This document shows positions 1 to 12,781 of a stretch of 64,000 nt of DNA, one piece after another. The stretch comes from Scyliorhinus canicula (taxonomy: Eukaryota). The DNA lies in NCBI RefSeq assembly GCF_902713615.1, contig NC_052161.1:119514636-119578635 (forward strand). The letters are read 5' to 3'. The position numbers and the translations under genes are program-made. Numbering within the stretch: the stretch's first letter is position 1; every line of letters begins with the position of its first letter. Under the pieces are notes generated by a model. It worked only from the letters and a program-made list of their open reading frames with translations. It did no database searches and was not told the origin of the DNA.

Positions 1-1470
1 CTGTTTTCATCACATGCAGTGACAATTTTAAGTGCTTTTTAGCCAACTTAACCTCTCCCTAAAGTTTGACAAGTAGTCCAAAAATGTAGTTTAGAACTCT
101 GACTCACCAATTTTGCCTTAAATCAATTTAAGTGGTCCTCTTACCTCATGATCAAAAATCAATTTGAATGGACTGAGTTTAGTTGATTAATTAGATGCAT
201 CTCTTTTTTTTTAATAAATTTAGATTACCCAATTATTTTTTCCAATTAAGGGGCAATTTAGCGTGGCCAATCCACCTACTCTGCACATTTTTGGGTTGTG
301 GGGGCGAAACCCACGCAGACACGGGGAGAATGTGCAAACTCCACACGGACAGTGACCCAGAGCCGGGATCGAACCTGGGACCTCAGCGCCGTGAGGCGGT
401 TGTGCTAACCACTAGGCCACCGTGCTGCCCCATTAGATGCATCTCTAATAGAAAATAGGACAAATGGAATTCCTTTATTCCAAACCTCTGGATAATCCTG
501 AGTATCGGTCCTCAACCTGGTCTTTAAAGTTTGATGCTATCTATCTAACGCTCCCTGTGATTCTGGATGATATGTGGTTGATTTAAATTGCTTTACCCCT
601 AAGCTATCCATACCTTCCCTGAATAACCTTGACATAAAATTTAATCCTTGATCTAATTGGATTTCTTTTGGTCGTCCGTCTCTGGTAAAAAATTTAGTTA
701 ACTTCTCTACCACCTTCTTAGCTGTAATATCTCATCATAGAATGGCCTACGGAATTCTAGTGGACACATCCATTATAGTCAACAAATACTGATTCCCACT
801 TATCATCTTCGGAAGGGTTCAAACGCAATCAATTAGGACCCTAGTGAAAGGTTTCTCAAAGGCCGGAATGGGTATTAAGGGTGCTAGTTTCATTTGAAGT
901 TTTCTTATCACCTGACATCTGTGACAATAGTGGCAAAATTCAACTGCATCCTTCTGCAGTCCAGGCCAATAAAAATATTTTTGTATTTTAATTTGAGTTT
1001 TCCTTACGCCTAAATGATCCGCTACTGAAACCTCATGTGCTACCCGCAAAACCTTCCTTCTGTAACCCACCAGAAATAATTTGATGAACTTCTGCCCATT
1101 TCTCATCTGTCTGAATATGTAACGGTCTCCACTTTCTCATTAATACATTATTTATAATGTAATAACACTCCAGTATACACTCCAATTCTATTTCTGTGTA
1201 TGCTTTTTGATACCACTGCTTTATCTCTGAATTCTTATGTTATAATTCTACCAACTTCCCTGAACTAAAGAATCAGCTTCATCCTCCACCTGTTCTTGTT
1301 CTTTATCAACAATCTGGTCAAGGATTGTTTCTGATAACTGAACCTCAACCTCCCGATCTTTACTCCTAAAATTCTCCTCCTCCTGTCTCAACCCGTGGCT
1401 TTGTGATCTTGTTACCACACAATCTGGAAACACCCAAAGATACGCTTCATACAACACCTCATTTGTTTGA
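1..1470 (-). mobile_element. Gypsy/Ty3 LTR-retrotransposon pol fragment (integrase), decayed, interrupted by a SINE at 205-430
   Basis: ORF 819-1106 reads AHEVSVADHLGVRKT...YFYWPGLQKDAVEFCHYCHRCQV...LIPIPAFEKPFTRVLIDCV, an integrase HHCC zinc-binding region plus the start of rve; stops on both sides. Confidence 0.85.
205..430 (-). mobile_element. V-SINE (HE1-related), short poly-A-tailed subfamily
   Basis: tRNA-derived head with A/B boxes, V-domain core, A-tail, 15-bp TSD ATTAGATGCATCTCT. Further copies at about 1490, 5411, 18630, 18958, 19245, 22440, 24185, 28033, 33466, 38476, 38895, 43793, 46272, 60110, 60490, 61527. Confidence 0.9.
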
Positions 1471-4400
1471 CGTTCCATTGGCTTTTCTTCTTATTTTATT
1501 TTTAAAATTTAGAGTACCCTATTTTTCTTTTCCAATTAAGGGGCAATTTAGCATGGCCAATCCACCCTACACATCGTTTTGGGTTGTGGGGGTGAGACCC
1601 ACACAGAAACAGGGAGAATGTGCAAACTCTACACAGGCAGTGACCCGGGGTCGGGATGGAACACGGGCCCTCGATGGCGTGAGGCAGCAATGCCAACCAC
1701 TGCGCCACCGTGCCACCCCCTACGCACCTTGTAACTAACGTGGTATTTCACTGCATTGTTAATTACAGATTCCCATCGATGTTTTGGGTTCAGACAAGAT
1801 GTAAAGAGTCCTGTGCAGGAAGAATCAGAGGATATGACATCGGTGCAAGTAAAGAACTGACCAGTAATGGGTATGGAGGGGTCTTTAACTGATTTAACAT
1901 TGACAGCTCAACTGAACTGAAGAACAACTCTGTCAATTGATTGTGAAAAATTGTGAAGTGTCACTTTTCATTGGACCTCGTTATGAATAGGGTTCACTCG
2001 GAATACTGTATATTATTTGCTAATAAGTCCATATATTTCTGAGGCTCACCAGAGAATCTGGTAAATGTAACAGGAACAAGCATATGGTATTTCATTGGGA
2101 CCTTACTGTACAGAAGGAGGCCATTCTGCCCATTAGGTCCGTGTTATTTTTCATATTCGGCAGATTGAATAGGAGTGCTTATAGGGATGAGCTTTCTGTG
2201 GTGATTTATTGAAGGATAATAGGTGACCTGGTAACCATCTATTCCTTAAGGAATAAAGTTCTTATTAGTGAGCGTTATGGCCGAAAGAGTTGGAATGCTT
2301 ACCTTAGATCAGGCAGCTTAACTTCGGAAATGAGACCGCTGAGGAAGAGTTTATTACATCAGTTGTTTGTGTCTGGCCCAAAATGAGTCACACTGTAACA
2401 TTGTCTAAAAAACTATGGAGTTGACAAATGGATTGTTCCATTTTTGGTCAGAGTGGTGTGATGCTCTGGCTCTTCGTTATCTCCACAGGCCAGTCACTAG
2501 TACTTTTCCCTGGATTTGCAAAGAGGCTCGAGTTTCTCCCCGTGGGCAATGTTCCCTCCGTCCTGCGGTCAGACCACTGTGAATAGGGAAACAATTCAAC
2601 CGCTTGAGAACCCTGAGCTAAGGTTCAAATAGGCGATTATACAGTTAGAAGGCTAGTGCAAGATAGATGAGAGAAGCGGGAATGATGGCAGTGAGGAAAA
2701 ACTGCGGGCTTGCACTTTGTCCTGTTGCTTGCGCTGATAGAGTTAATGGGCAGTTTCTACCATTAGATCAGTACTGAATCCTCTGCAAGCTTTGAACAAA
2801 ACGTCTACAGCTCCAGCCATTACTGAATACTGAATACTTTTCCAAATTAGTGGCACATTCGTAAATGAAGGGTTAATAAGAGCTAACTTGTTCAGTATTA
2901 TGTAGCTTAGTGGAAGCGTGAGGGAGGACGCTGGGAGAAGAGAGGCTTACTACCGGAAAGTTGATCATCCCACACCAACCTTGACTTCATAAACATCATT
3001 GAAATCAGCAATGCAATGACAAATAAACACATGCAGTGAGAAAGAGGCAAGATAGGGAAAAACTGCAGACTGTTGTGAGCAGCTTATTATAAAGTAACCT
3101 CAGGAGACCCAGGTACAGAATGATTGTTCATTAGCTTATGGGTTGAGAGAGCACAACCTCAGAGAAGGATCTCTGTTGCAGCTGACTCTGCCAGGTTGAG
3201 AAATCAAGCAACAATGGTGGGCCACATAGGCAAGGCATTACTTACATTTGAACATTGTCTGGTTCAGACTTTTTACATCAAACAAGTTGCAGGTGTTCAC
3301 AAGGCAGAGTAAGTGTTTTCACCCTTATCCTTCTATTGGTCCCCACTAATCTCATCCTTCGCTAACCGGCTCGGAACTTTAAGCTGAGCCTGATACTTTA
3401 GGTAATGGAAAACAAATTGCAGACTGTAAACAGCAAGTTACTGAAAAAACAAGTTACTGATATAGGTCTTGCAGGTGTCTGTGTCCTTTGTCACATCAGC
3501 ATGTTGCTGGGTGATGTCTTTACCCCAAGTGTGGAAATTTCCTTATTCTTTCTAAAAGCTATATAGGTTCAAAAATCTTCTCGAAGATCCTTTAATAGAT
3601 TGTAATCATTGTTTGTCTAGATAAATTGTTGTAGTTAAACCGTATTCATTAGTTCCCCTCTTGCACTGACACACTGAACTTTCAGCATTGGGTTCTAAGT
3701 TTGAAAGTAGGCCGCAGCAATGGTCACAGGTGCTAGCTAAGGCTAGCTCTATGTGAGACAGTACAGTTCCCAATGTGTACAGGTTTAAAGCAAAATATTT
3801 CCTACTTGCTAATGAATTAACAGCGACTGTGGCAAATGGAAAGAAATGTTCGATGGGGATGTTGCTCTTTGAGGTGGGGTCTAAGGCATGTTGTTGGGCA
3901 TCGTAGAAGGTGGTTAACTGGTCTGGGAATGCCCGAGGTTGAGACGAGGTGGTGAAGATGGGAAAAACATTCCATCTCCTAACTTTCTTGAGCACAACAG
4001 AAACAAATCATGGCTAAAATACAATTGCGTGAAAATCTCAGGGAAATGGGAAAATCTCAGGGAAACAGGAGAAAAATGAAGCCAAGAGGACACAGTCAAA
4101 TGTTTGAAATTAAAGAAATGGGGGGAAAGGGTTATATACACTGTAGCATGGGGTGAATGATTACTGAGTCTGCTTCAGTGCAGACATCTTTACTGCTTTG
4201 GGGATAATGTTCTATAAAATGGCAGCATTTTGTAGCGACATTGGGATATGTCACTGGATGTCTTGCTTTGCCCAAAATGTTGTGCAAGTTTGAAATTCCA
4301 GCTGATTGTGCTGTGACTCTGATGTGCAAGGAAGTTGGATGCAACACTACGGAGAGAGAGAGAGAGCAGGGCAATAGGATTCATCTTGTGAAGAGTTAGT

Positions 4401-5096
4401 ACAGATACGATGGGCTGAGTGACCTGTTTTTGTCTTGTAACCCTCTATGGAATATACATCACAAGTTCGTAAGGAAAAAACATCTCTGTCAGTTAATACA
4501 GGAGAAAGTAGAGCCAAATTGTATCTGTAATAGAAGGATAGGAAAATAGGAAGATGATGGCACATCGTGGTACCTCCAAACTAAAGGAGCTTTGCATGGA
4601 GATAATTATGAAACAGTAAAAATACATGCTCAGGGCGAATTTTCACACTACGTTTCTTTTCATGAAAATGCTCTGTGTGAACACAGAGTAAACAATTCTG
4701 AGCATTTATTGCATCTTAGACTAGCCAATATCAATCTTTGTTTCAACAGTTAAGTGTTAGCACAGAACCAGAATATTGCTTGAAGAAAAGGCATGTTGCC
4801 GAAGTTTTTCATCCTGTCTGCACTCCTCTGGACAAATGCAAGAATGCCACATTTCAAATGATCACAACTATTGATACTGCAGGAGAAAAGGGTGGTGATT
4901 AGTTTAATGCCAGGTACATAAGTCTTACGTTTCAGCAATTGGCTGATCAAATCATACAGAATGTTCTTGTTTCCAAGGGCTGGTGCAGAGTCGATGGGCT
5001 GAATGGCCTCCTTCTGCCCTGTAAATTCTATGATTCTTTCAGTTGTTTATGACAGGCAGAATACCGATCATACTTTTGTTGAAATAAATTTATTTT

Positions 5097-5410
5097 CATA
5101 GAATTTACAGTGCAGAAGGAGGCCATTCGGCCCATCGAGTCTGCACCGGCTCTTGGAAAGAGCACCCTACCCCATAACCCAGTAACCCCACCCAGGTCAA
5201 TTTTGGACACTAAGGGCAATTTATCATGGCCAATCCACCTAACCTGCACATCTTTGGACTGTGGGAGGAAACCGGAGCACCCGGAGGAAACCCACGCACA
5301 CACGGGGATGATGTGCAGACTCCGCACAGACAGTGACCCAAGCCAGAATCGAACCTGGGACCCTGGAGCTGTGAAGCAATTGTGCTATCCACAATGCTAC
5401 CGTGCTGCCC
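5097..5410 (-). mobile_element. V-SINE (HE1-like), long form with CR1/HER1-type tail
   Basis: Same head and V-domain, with tail ...GGGCCGAATGGCCTCCTTCTGCACTGTAAATTCTATGA. Further copies at about 9790, 21100, 25899, 27710, 28745, 32348, 37545, 51257, 59440, 63308. Confidence 0.9.
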
Positions 5411-7344
5411 TTTAGTGTACCCAATTATTTTTTTCCAATTAAGGGGCAATTTAGCATGGCCAATCCACCTACCCTGCACATCTTTGGGTTCTGGGGTTGA
5501 GACCCACACAGACACAAGGAGAATGTGCAAACTCCACATGGACAGAGCGAACCTGGGTCCTCAGCGCTGGAAGCAGAAGCGCTAACCACTGCGCCGCCTA
5601 GAATACAGATCATACTTGGCCAACCCATGCTGGCAAAACACAAATTGAAATGTCTACTGCTGGATGTGATTCTGCGATTGAGCAGCATTTTCTGGACAAT
5701 CCTGAGTGCGCTAATAGTTACACTAACAACCAATTTAAGATAAATTAGGAGTTTGCAATGTGACTTAATTATACATGCTAGATATGACATACACTTAAAC
5801 GCAGGGACTCGTTCTTCGCAAACAAAAGGAATATGTTCAAGTCTTGCACCTTTTTGAAATGATTAGAAAACCTATTGCTTTCTGCGTGGCAATGCCTCGG
5901 CCAATCAGAGTCAACTTGTGAACCAATTAGCACGCTTTTTGCCTGTAGTATCAATAACTGTGATCATTTGAAATTTGGCATTCTTATGTTTGTCCTTGGC
6001 AAGACAAAACGTTCCCAAAACATGACATGTCCCTCTTTTCAGCAATTTCTGTTCAATGCTGGAAATGCTGTTGTGGTGTGCAAAACAGTATTCACTATGG
6101 TGCCTGTAAAAGGTTTTCTCTGGCCACTATTGTAAGTATGAGTTTAAAATTGGACTAGAAATAATGCACAGAGAAAAACTTCACGAACATTTCCAATGTT
6201 ATTACATAGCTTTTGGCTGTGCTCAGGAACTCTATCTCTTTCATGAGATTTTAATATAAGGTTTTATTTGGTCACATTTAGACATTAGCAACTCCCATAT
6301 TTGCTGGGGAGTTCAGCTTGCACTTTGCTTTATTTATTTCTTGCAATATTTATCTTAGCAGGAAGCTCAACTTGTATATAAGCTGTAAAAGACGGCTGCA
6401 ATATTCACATCAGGGATGAAACAAATGTTTTACAGGTAATTTTTAGGGGCTGGTGTAGCACAGTGGGCTAAAGAACCGGCTTGTAATGAAGAACAATGCC
6501 AGCAGCGTGGATTCAATTCCCTTACCAGCCTCCCCAAACAGGTCCCGGAATGTGGCGACTAGGGGCTTTTCACAGTAACTTCATTGAAGCCTACTTTTGA
6601 CAATGTGATTATTATTTTTATTATTATTATATACGCGACTTGAAACTTCCATTCCTACTGGAATCACAATTTCCAGCCCGTTCCTTTGTCTCTGTTCAAT
6701 GGGTCTCAGTTGGTGTGCATCTCTCCTGGTAACGGGTTTAGAGCGATAGTATGGATAATAATCAAGTGTGAATGATTTACAGAAGAGAAACAGCTTATAA
6801 ATGATTGGGAATGTCCATATGGTATATATATGTTAATATATAACCAAGGAGGTTGATAGGGCAGACAGTTGAATACACAGAAGCATAATCAAAGAACAAC
6901 AAAGGTATAAATGAACTAGAACCTGAGAAGCAAGAGAGACAGTTAACATCTAGCAGTCTCAGAAAGCGGACATGCCAGTTTCCAGCCACCAAGCCTGTGG
7001 CCAACTTTTTGTAAACAAACTTCTGTGCCTTAGAGCCAAGGCAATGCTGAAAACCTTCGTAACAGCTGTTTTCAAATATTAGGGATCGGCAACAAATGCT
7101 GACCCAGTCTGCGACGCCCACATCCCATGAAAGAGTAACTTTAAGAAAGAGGTTCAGGCAAATCTTTTAGGATCTCATAAGGTAATATATTAAAAGTTTT
7201 CTCCCGGTTTTTTTTTTAGAAATACATTAATGAACAATTTATTGGTTCAGCTGTTTTATAATCTCTAGTCTAAAGCTTTAAAAAAATTATATAAATTCTT
7301 CTCCACAATTCTTTCCCATACTGATGGCACAGGCTCACGCTTTC

Positions 7345-7605
7345 TCAATGACGAGACGTTAAATAAATTGATATCTTGTCTGCTTCCTCAGCTGAATGCC
7401 CATGGCACTATATTGAAGAAGAGCAGGGACGTTATCCCTAATGTGCTGGTCAATATTTATTCCTCAACCAACATCACTACAAACAGAACATGTGGTCATT
7501 ATCATATTGTTTGTGGGAGTTGGCTGGATGCCAATTAGCTACCACCTTTTCAACATTACAAACAGTGACTACGGTCCAAATACCTCATTGGCTGTAAAGT
7601 TCTAG
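7345..7605 (+). mobile_element. Deu-domain SINE fragment (SacSINE1/AmnSINE1-like)
   Basis: CCCATGGCACTAT..GAAGAAGAGCAGGG...CAATATTTAT.CCTCAACCAACATCACTA...CATTACA..CAGTGACTAC...CATTGGCTGTAAAG matches the Deu-domain consensus as I recall it. Confidence 0.7.
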
Positions 7606-7774
7606 ACTTGTATATGACAATGCTGTTATTCCTTCAGGACAGTACAGCCCCTGTAAGGAATGACGCAGCAAAACTTTTCGTTTAGGGTAATGAACAGCAT
7701 AAAACTGACAGGATCAAAATAGGGATATGTGACCGTGACCTTCTTTGCTTTAAGGTTAAAATAGAAGTGTGGGG

Positions 7775-7808
<34 letters not shown>

Positions 7809-9014
7809 TGAAAACAAATTAATGAGAGGAGAGCAAGTTACAGAAGGCAGAGCTTGATAAATTAAAGGGTAAAGTTTACTGGGAAAACAATGGAGCAATA
7901 ATTGGAAATGTTGGAAAAGCACAGTACAATCCAGAGGTATTCCAGGAAAGAAATGTGTGTATAGCTGCCGGGATGAGTAGCCAGATTAGGCTGGGAATTA
8001 CAGCTTTAAAAAACAAAAGGGGCGATAGGGGACTGGGCATGGTGAGGTTGTAATTGATATGGAAATTGTAGAATTATTTAAAAAATACTTTGTTTCAGCA
8101 TTTACTTATTCGTATAGAAAGGTAAAGAATAAATAATAAAATAATAATTAAAATGTTGTTAAGGAGGCAAGGATGCTAATAACAGAATAAGATTTGGCTG
8201 AAAGACCGATGACAAAAGCTGGGATTGAATTGAGGTGATTAAGGATGCAGTAAAGAGATTTCTCAAATCAGCAGGCGGAATTTAATGGATGTTGCAGGGA
8301 TTAACTTTGGAACTGCATTTTGCTTCGTCCTTCCTCATGACCTGCTGAGCCAGCCTCCCCACCAAGTCCTCATTCAATCACAGTGGAATCCAAACCTCAG
8401 TCAGCATTGGTGGCCCTAAACTGCTTGTAAGATGTGCCGTTGTAAAAACTGTACAGAATGTGTTGCTGCGATTCTTAATGATTTGAATAATGTACAAAGT
8501 TAAATGGCAATACATTTAGTGACGATATATTACAGAAAGGTAATTCTGGATCTTTTCACATGTGTTGCGATATTACTTTGTTAACCAGAGCACTTTTAGT
8601 TTACTGAGAAATCTTGATACTGAAGTAATCTGATTCTTCAGGAAAAAAACAGCGATCTATAATCTCCTAGATTGGTGCCTTATCTGTAGTCTATTTTCCA
8701 GTTGCATTATATTTTTGTAATATAAAAAGTATTTAAATAAAATGTGCTAAACATCTCACAAATTGTATGTGTTGATTATTAAACCAACGTTATTGTTACA
8801 AAAGACCAGCTCTAGACTTCTCAATCTATCCAGATGTACTGTGTGCCCCTTGCTCTAAGTGTGAGTGTCATGGGGGTTGGGAGGCGGAGGATGGGATGGA
8901 GAGGGTCCAGAAATGTGGAGTTGCACCGTGGGAAGGCAAGAGGCAAGATGGATTCAAGTGGTTCAGGAATCAGAGCAATCTCTGTCAACGTAATGCGCTT
9001 GATTTTGGAAACCA

Positions 9015-9620
9015 AATTCTCTACACTCGGGAAACTAAATGTAGGTTGGGTGACCACGTCGCAGAGCACCTTCACTCAAGTCTGCATGCATGGCCCCGAC
9101 CTATCTGTCGCTTGCCATTTCAATTCACCATCTTGCTCACGTTTCATGTCCTTGGCATGTTATAACACTCCAGTGAAACCCAACGCAAACTGGAGGAACA
9201 GCACCTCATCTTTCGAATAGGCACTGTACAGCCTTCTGGACATAGCACTGAGTTCAACAACAACTGTAGACTATGAACTCTGTCCTTCATTCTGACTTTT
9301 TGTACTACTCCCACCCTCTTCGCGTCCCTCCCTCCAGGGGCGTCTGTAATTTGTTCTCATGTTTTGCTTTCAGAGATTGCCAACCCCATTTCCGCTATAA
9401 CACATTGTGCTATTCGACCTTTATACCACTATTCACATCCTTTTAGTCTTTAACACTATCATTACCACTCCCTTTATCTTGTGTCTATGACATCTTTGTT
9501 ATTTAATGTTTCCTGAGCTCCAACCTATTTCTCACCTTCTAATTTGCTCCACCCTCTCTCTTCAACCACATAAGACTCATCACATTTCTACCTCTCTTCA
9601 GCTGAGGATGAGTCATATGC
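9015..9620 (+). mobile_element. Penelope-like element fragment (GIY-YIG endonuclease region)
   Basis: LYTRETKCRLGDHVAEH...LSVACHFNS resembles the PLE YIGET.R.L..RF.EH...VA.HFN motif. Confidence 0.75.
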
Positions 9621-11394
9621 ACACTTTTAACAAAGATGTTCAGGTTAGGTGGATTAGCTATGCTAAATCATCACTTACTGTCCAAAGATGGGAAGGCTAG
9701 GTTAAGGGGTTATTGGGATAGGGTATGGGAGTGAGCCTGAGCGGGGTGGGTACTCTTTCAGAGGCTTGGTGCAGACTCGATGGGCCAAATGGTAGCACAG
9801 TTGTTAGCACGGTTGCTTCACAGCTCCAGGGTCCCGTGTTCGATTCCCTGCTGGGTCACTGTCTGGGTGAAGTCTGCACGTTCTCCCTGTGTCTGCGTGG
9901 GTTTCCTCCGGGTGCTCCGGTTTCCTCCCACAGTCTAAAGACGTGCAGGTTAGGTGGATTGGCCATGCTAAATTGCCCTTAGTGACCAAAAAGGTTAGAT
10001 GGGGTTATTGGGTTACAGGATAGGGTGGAAGTGAGGGCTCAAGTGGGTCGATACAGACTCCGTGGGCCGAATGGCCTCATTCTGCACCGTATGTTTCAAG
10101 TCCCGAAAGATGTGCTGTTAGGTGAATTGGACATTCTGAATTCTCCCTCTTGTGTACCCGAACAGATGCTGGAATGTGGTGGCTAGGGGCTTTTCACAGT
10201 AACTTCATTGCAGTGTTAATGTAAACCTACTTGTGACAATAAAGATTATTATTATTCTGCACTGTGGGTGGTTCTATGAAATATCTCTCGCCACAGCTGC
10301 TGCCAGGCTTGCTGAATTCTCCCACCATTTCTGTTCTTTATTTCAAATTTGCAACATGGGCAGGATTTTGCTCTTCATCATTTCCCACCATGTGGAATTT
10401 AAATTCAATCAATAAATCTGGAATATAAACCTATAAATAAACACTGGACGCTGTGGGTGACTGAAGAGGCGGGGTAAAGGGATCAGGTTCAAATTTGATA
10501 TTGGCTCCAACTATTTCACTCAAAGAGCCATCAGGATGTGGATGGGCTTCCAAATGGAGAGAGAGACCCTTTGCAATTGGTTTAGGGGACAGAAAAATCT
10601 TCCTAGAGCCAGTATGGATCTTTATGATGCATTTATTTTATCGAACCATTGAAAACGGTTCAGCTGACTCGCTTCATTGCTGGCATTTGACATTTGATGA
10701 TTAATTTCCGTAACTGGTACTTTGCATGTGATATTTCACTTAATATTCATTGCCAACGTAACCCGAACGATAATCGGGTTGCAATCATGATTAATATTGA
10801 CTTTCCTGTAACGAAAGAGCTCACAAGCGATGTCGGTTCATATTTCTGAGTAACTCAAAAAAACGTCAAAAGGGGTTCGGGGTGGGAGGAGGTCACTGCC
10901 CGCACGTCTGAGCAAACTTTACAAGTCATGGTTGGTCGATTCGGAAAATGTGTGTGTCATCCTGGGTTATTTTACGAGAACAAATGCCTCGAAAGTCATC
11001 GATGGCTTTTGCAATTCTACTTGCAAGTGATCTTAACGCCGCCGGAGACGTGAGCACCGTGAGAGTAGGGAAAAAAGGTTTTTCCCAGTGGTGGGGGGTG
11101 GGTCGCTACAAAAACTAAATAGTGCTAAATCCCCCTCGCCGCCTACCTTTCTCTGTGATAAGAGCAGTGAAGGCCACCACTTTGCATTGGCAGGTAGTCC
11201 GCACCCAGTGAGCATAATGCTACATGGTTGCAGTCCTAAATAGTGGCAGTCATTAACCACCCCACCTCTATGTTAACTGGGGGTTCTTTTAAATATTCCA
11301 CTTTCCCCAGCCAAGCATAACCCACACCCCTCTCCTCCCCCAACATATACGCAAATCCCTAAGCAATGTTAAGGAAGCAACACTGCCTTGGCAC

Positions 11395-11637
11395 CAGCGC
11401 CAGCCCTAGGGTTGCTGGCGCCCCGGGCAAGCTGAACTTCGGCGCCCTTGGGGGGCGGACGGAGCGGGGGGGCGCCCTGGGGGAGGGCGGGGCCGCCCTG
11501 GGGGAGGGCGGCCACCGCGCATGTGCTGGTTGGCACCGGCCCAACTGCACATGCGCGGGACCCGAGTCTCTGGCGCCCCCCTAGCACATGGCGCCCCGGG
11601 CGACTGCCCGAGTTGCCGGTGCCTTGAGCCGGCCCTG
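11395..11637. mobile_element. hAT-type MITE, 243 bp, GC-rich
   Basis: Imperfect TIRs CAGCGCCAGC / GCCGGCCCTG and a perfect 8-bp TSD CTTGGCAC (11387, 11638). Confidence 0.85.
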
Positions 11638-11649
11638 CTTGGCACCCTT

Positions 11650-11823
11650 GGGGCTGGTTTAGCACAGTGGACTAAACAGCTGGCTTGTAATGCAGAACAA
11701 GGCCAACAGCACGGGTTCAATTCCTGTACCGGCCTCCACGAACAGGCGCCGGAATGTGGCGACTAAACGCTTTTCACAGTAACTTCACTGAAGCCTACCT
11801 GTGACAATAAGCGATTATTATTA
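11650..11823 (+). mobile_element. Short (~175 bp) tRNA-derived SINE without a V-domain
   Basis: Head GGGGCTGGTTTAGCAC...GGTTCAATTCC..ACCGGCCTCC joined directly to the CTTTTCACAGTAACTTCA...GTGACAATAA(ATT)n tail; copies at about 6446-6630 (+), 27301-27468 (+), 31000-31174 (-). Confidence 0.82.
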
Positions 11824-11907
11824 TACTGTACAGAGTGTAAGGCTGCCATTACAAAAATAGGGGATTTGCTGGCTCACTGCTCTATATGATGGCCAACGGC
11901 AATCGTT

Positions 11908-12290
11908 TTAAAAAAAAATTATTTACGGGATGTGGGCACTGCTGGTTAGGCCAGCATTTATTGCCCATCCTTAGTTCCCCTGAGAACGTGGTGGTGAGCT
12001 GGCTTGAACCGCTTCAGTCCCTGTAGGTACATCCACAGCGCTGTTAGGGAACTCCAACGAAGTGAAGGAACGACGATATATTTCCAAATCAGGATGGTGA
12101 GTGACCTGGATCGGTGGTGGTGTTCCCAGGTATCTGCTGCTCTTGTCCTAGAGGGCAGTGATCGTTGGTTTGGAAGGTGCTGCCCAAGGAACCTTGGTGT
12201 GTTTCTGCAGGGCATCTTATAGATGATACACGTGGCTGCCGCTGTGAGTGGGTGGAGGAAGTGTTACGGATGGGGTTCCAATCAAGCAAG
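11908..12290 (-). mobile_element. 3' fragment of the same CR1/L2-group LINE family as 56.3-57.0 kb
   Basis: Reverse complement of the tail at 56700-57040 (GGCCAGCATTTATTGCCCATCC...TTTGGAAGGTGCTGCCCAAGGA). Confidence 0.7.
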
Positions 12291-12781
12291 CTTTGTTAAA
12301 ATATTGGTTTGAACAGATAATTATGACTGACATTTAGTACATCTACTGCCCACTGGGAAAATAGTATCAACAGGACTGAAAATATGCCAGTAGGCGTTTA
12401 TGGTTTCCAAGTTACTCAGTACAGAAGTTGTACAGTAATTTAAGTTACACTGTTCTACCCACATCCAGAAAAATGGAAAGTTAATGCAAATGTTCAACAG
12501 GAATATTCAACATATACAGAAAATTGACACGTTGCTGTCAGCAAGTCAATCATCAGTTCTGTGACTTTATTGGGAAATTCAAATACCACTCCACAGGAAA
12601 TTGTGTTCAGTGTAGTCACAGCTAGAAAGTAGATAGAATGTGTGTGTTCATAAAGAGTAAAGGAAACTTCCAGTCACTATCTAAAGATCTGATTTAACTA
12701 TTGGGAAGGATGAAGTGATCATGCCTTCAGATTCTGATGAATATTAATCTTATATTCACAGGTTGATTATAGGCAAGCATC

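Noticed and set aside
195-458. Many short ORFs with LRGNLAWPIHL, GHCPCGVCTFS or CRLGGLAMLNCP
   Set aside because: Translations of V-SINE copies, not a gene family.
1960-8560. Scattered splice-like signals (e.g. donors at ~3309, 6132, 8540) as further exons or TAS1R remnants
   Set aside because: I could not build a consistent frame or recognise any protein similarity by eye; TBLASTN is needed.
11650-11737. tRNA genes (this and other heads with A/B boxes)
   Set aside because: They are SINE heads, fused to SINE bodies or tails, with imperfect cloverleafs.
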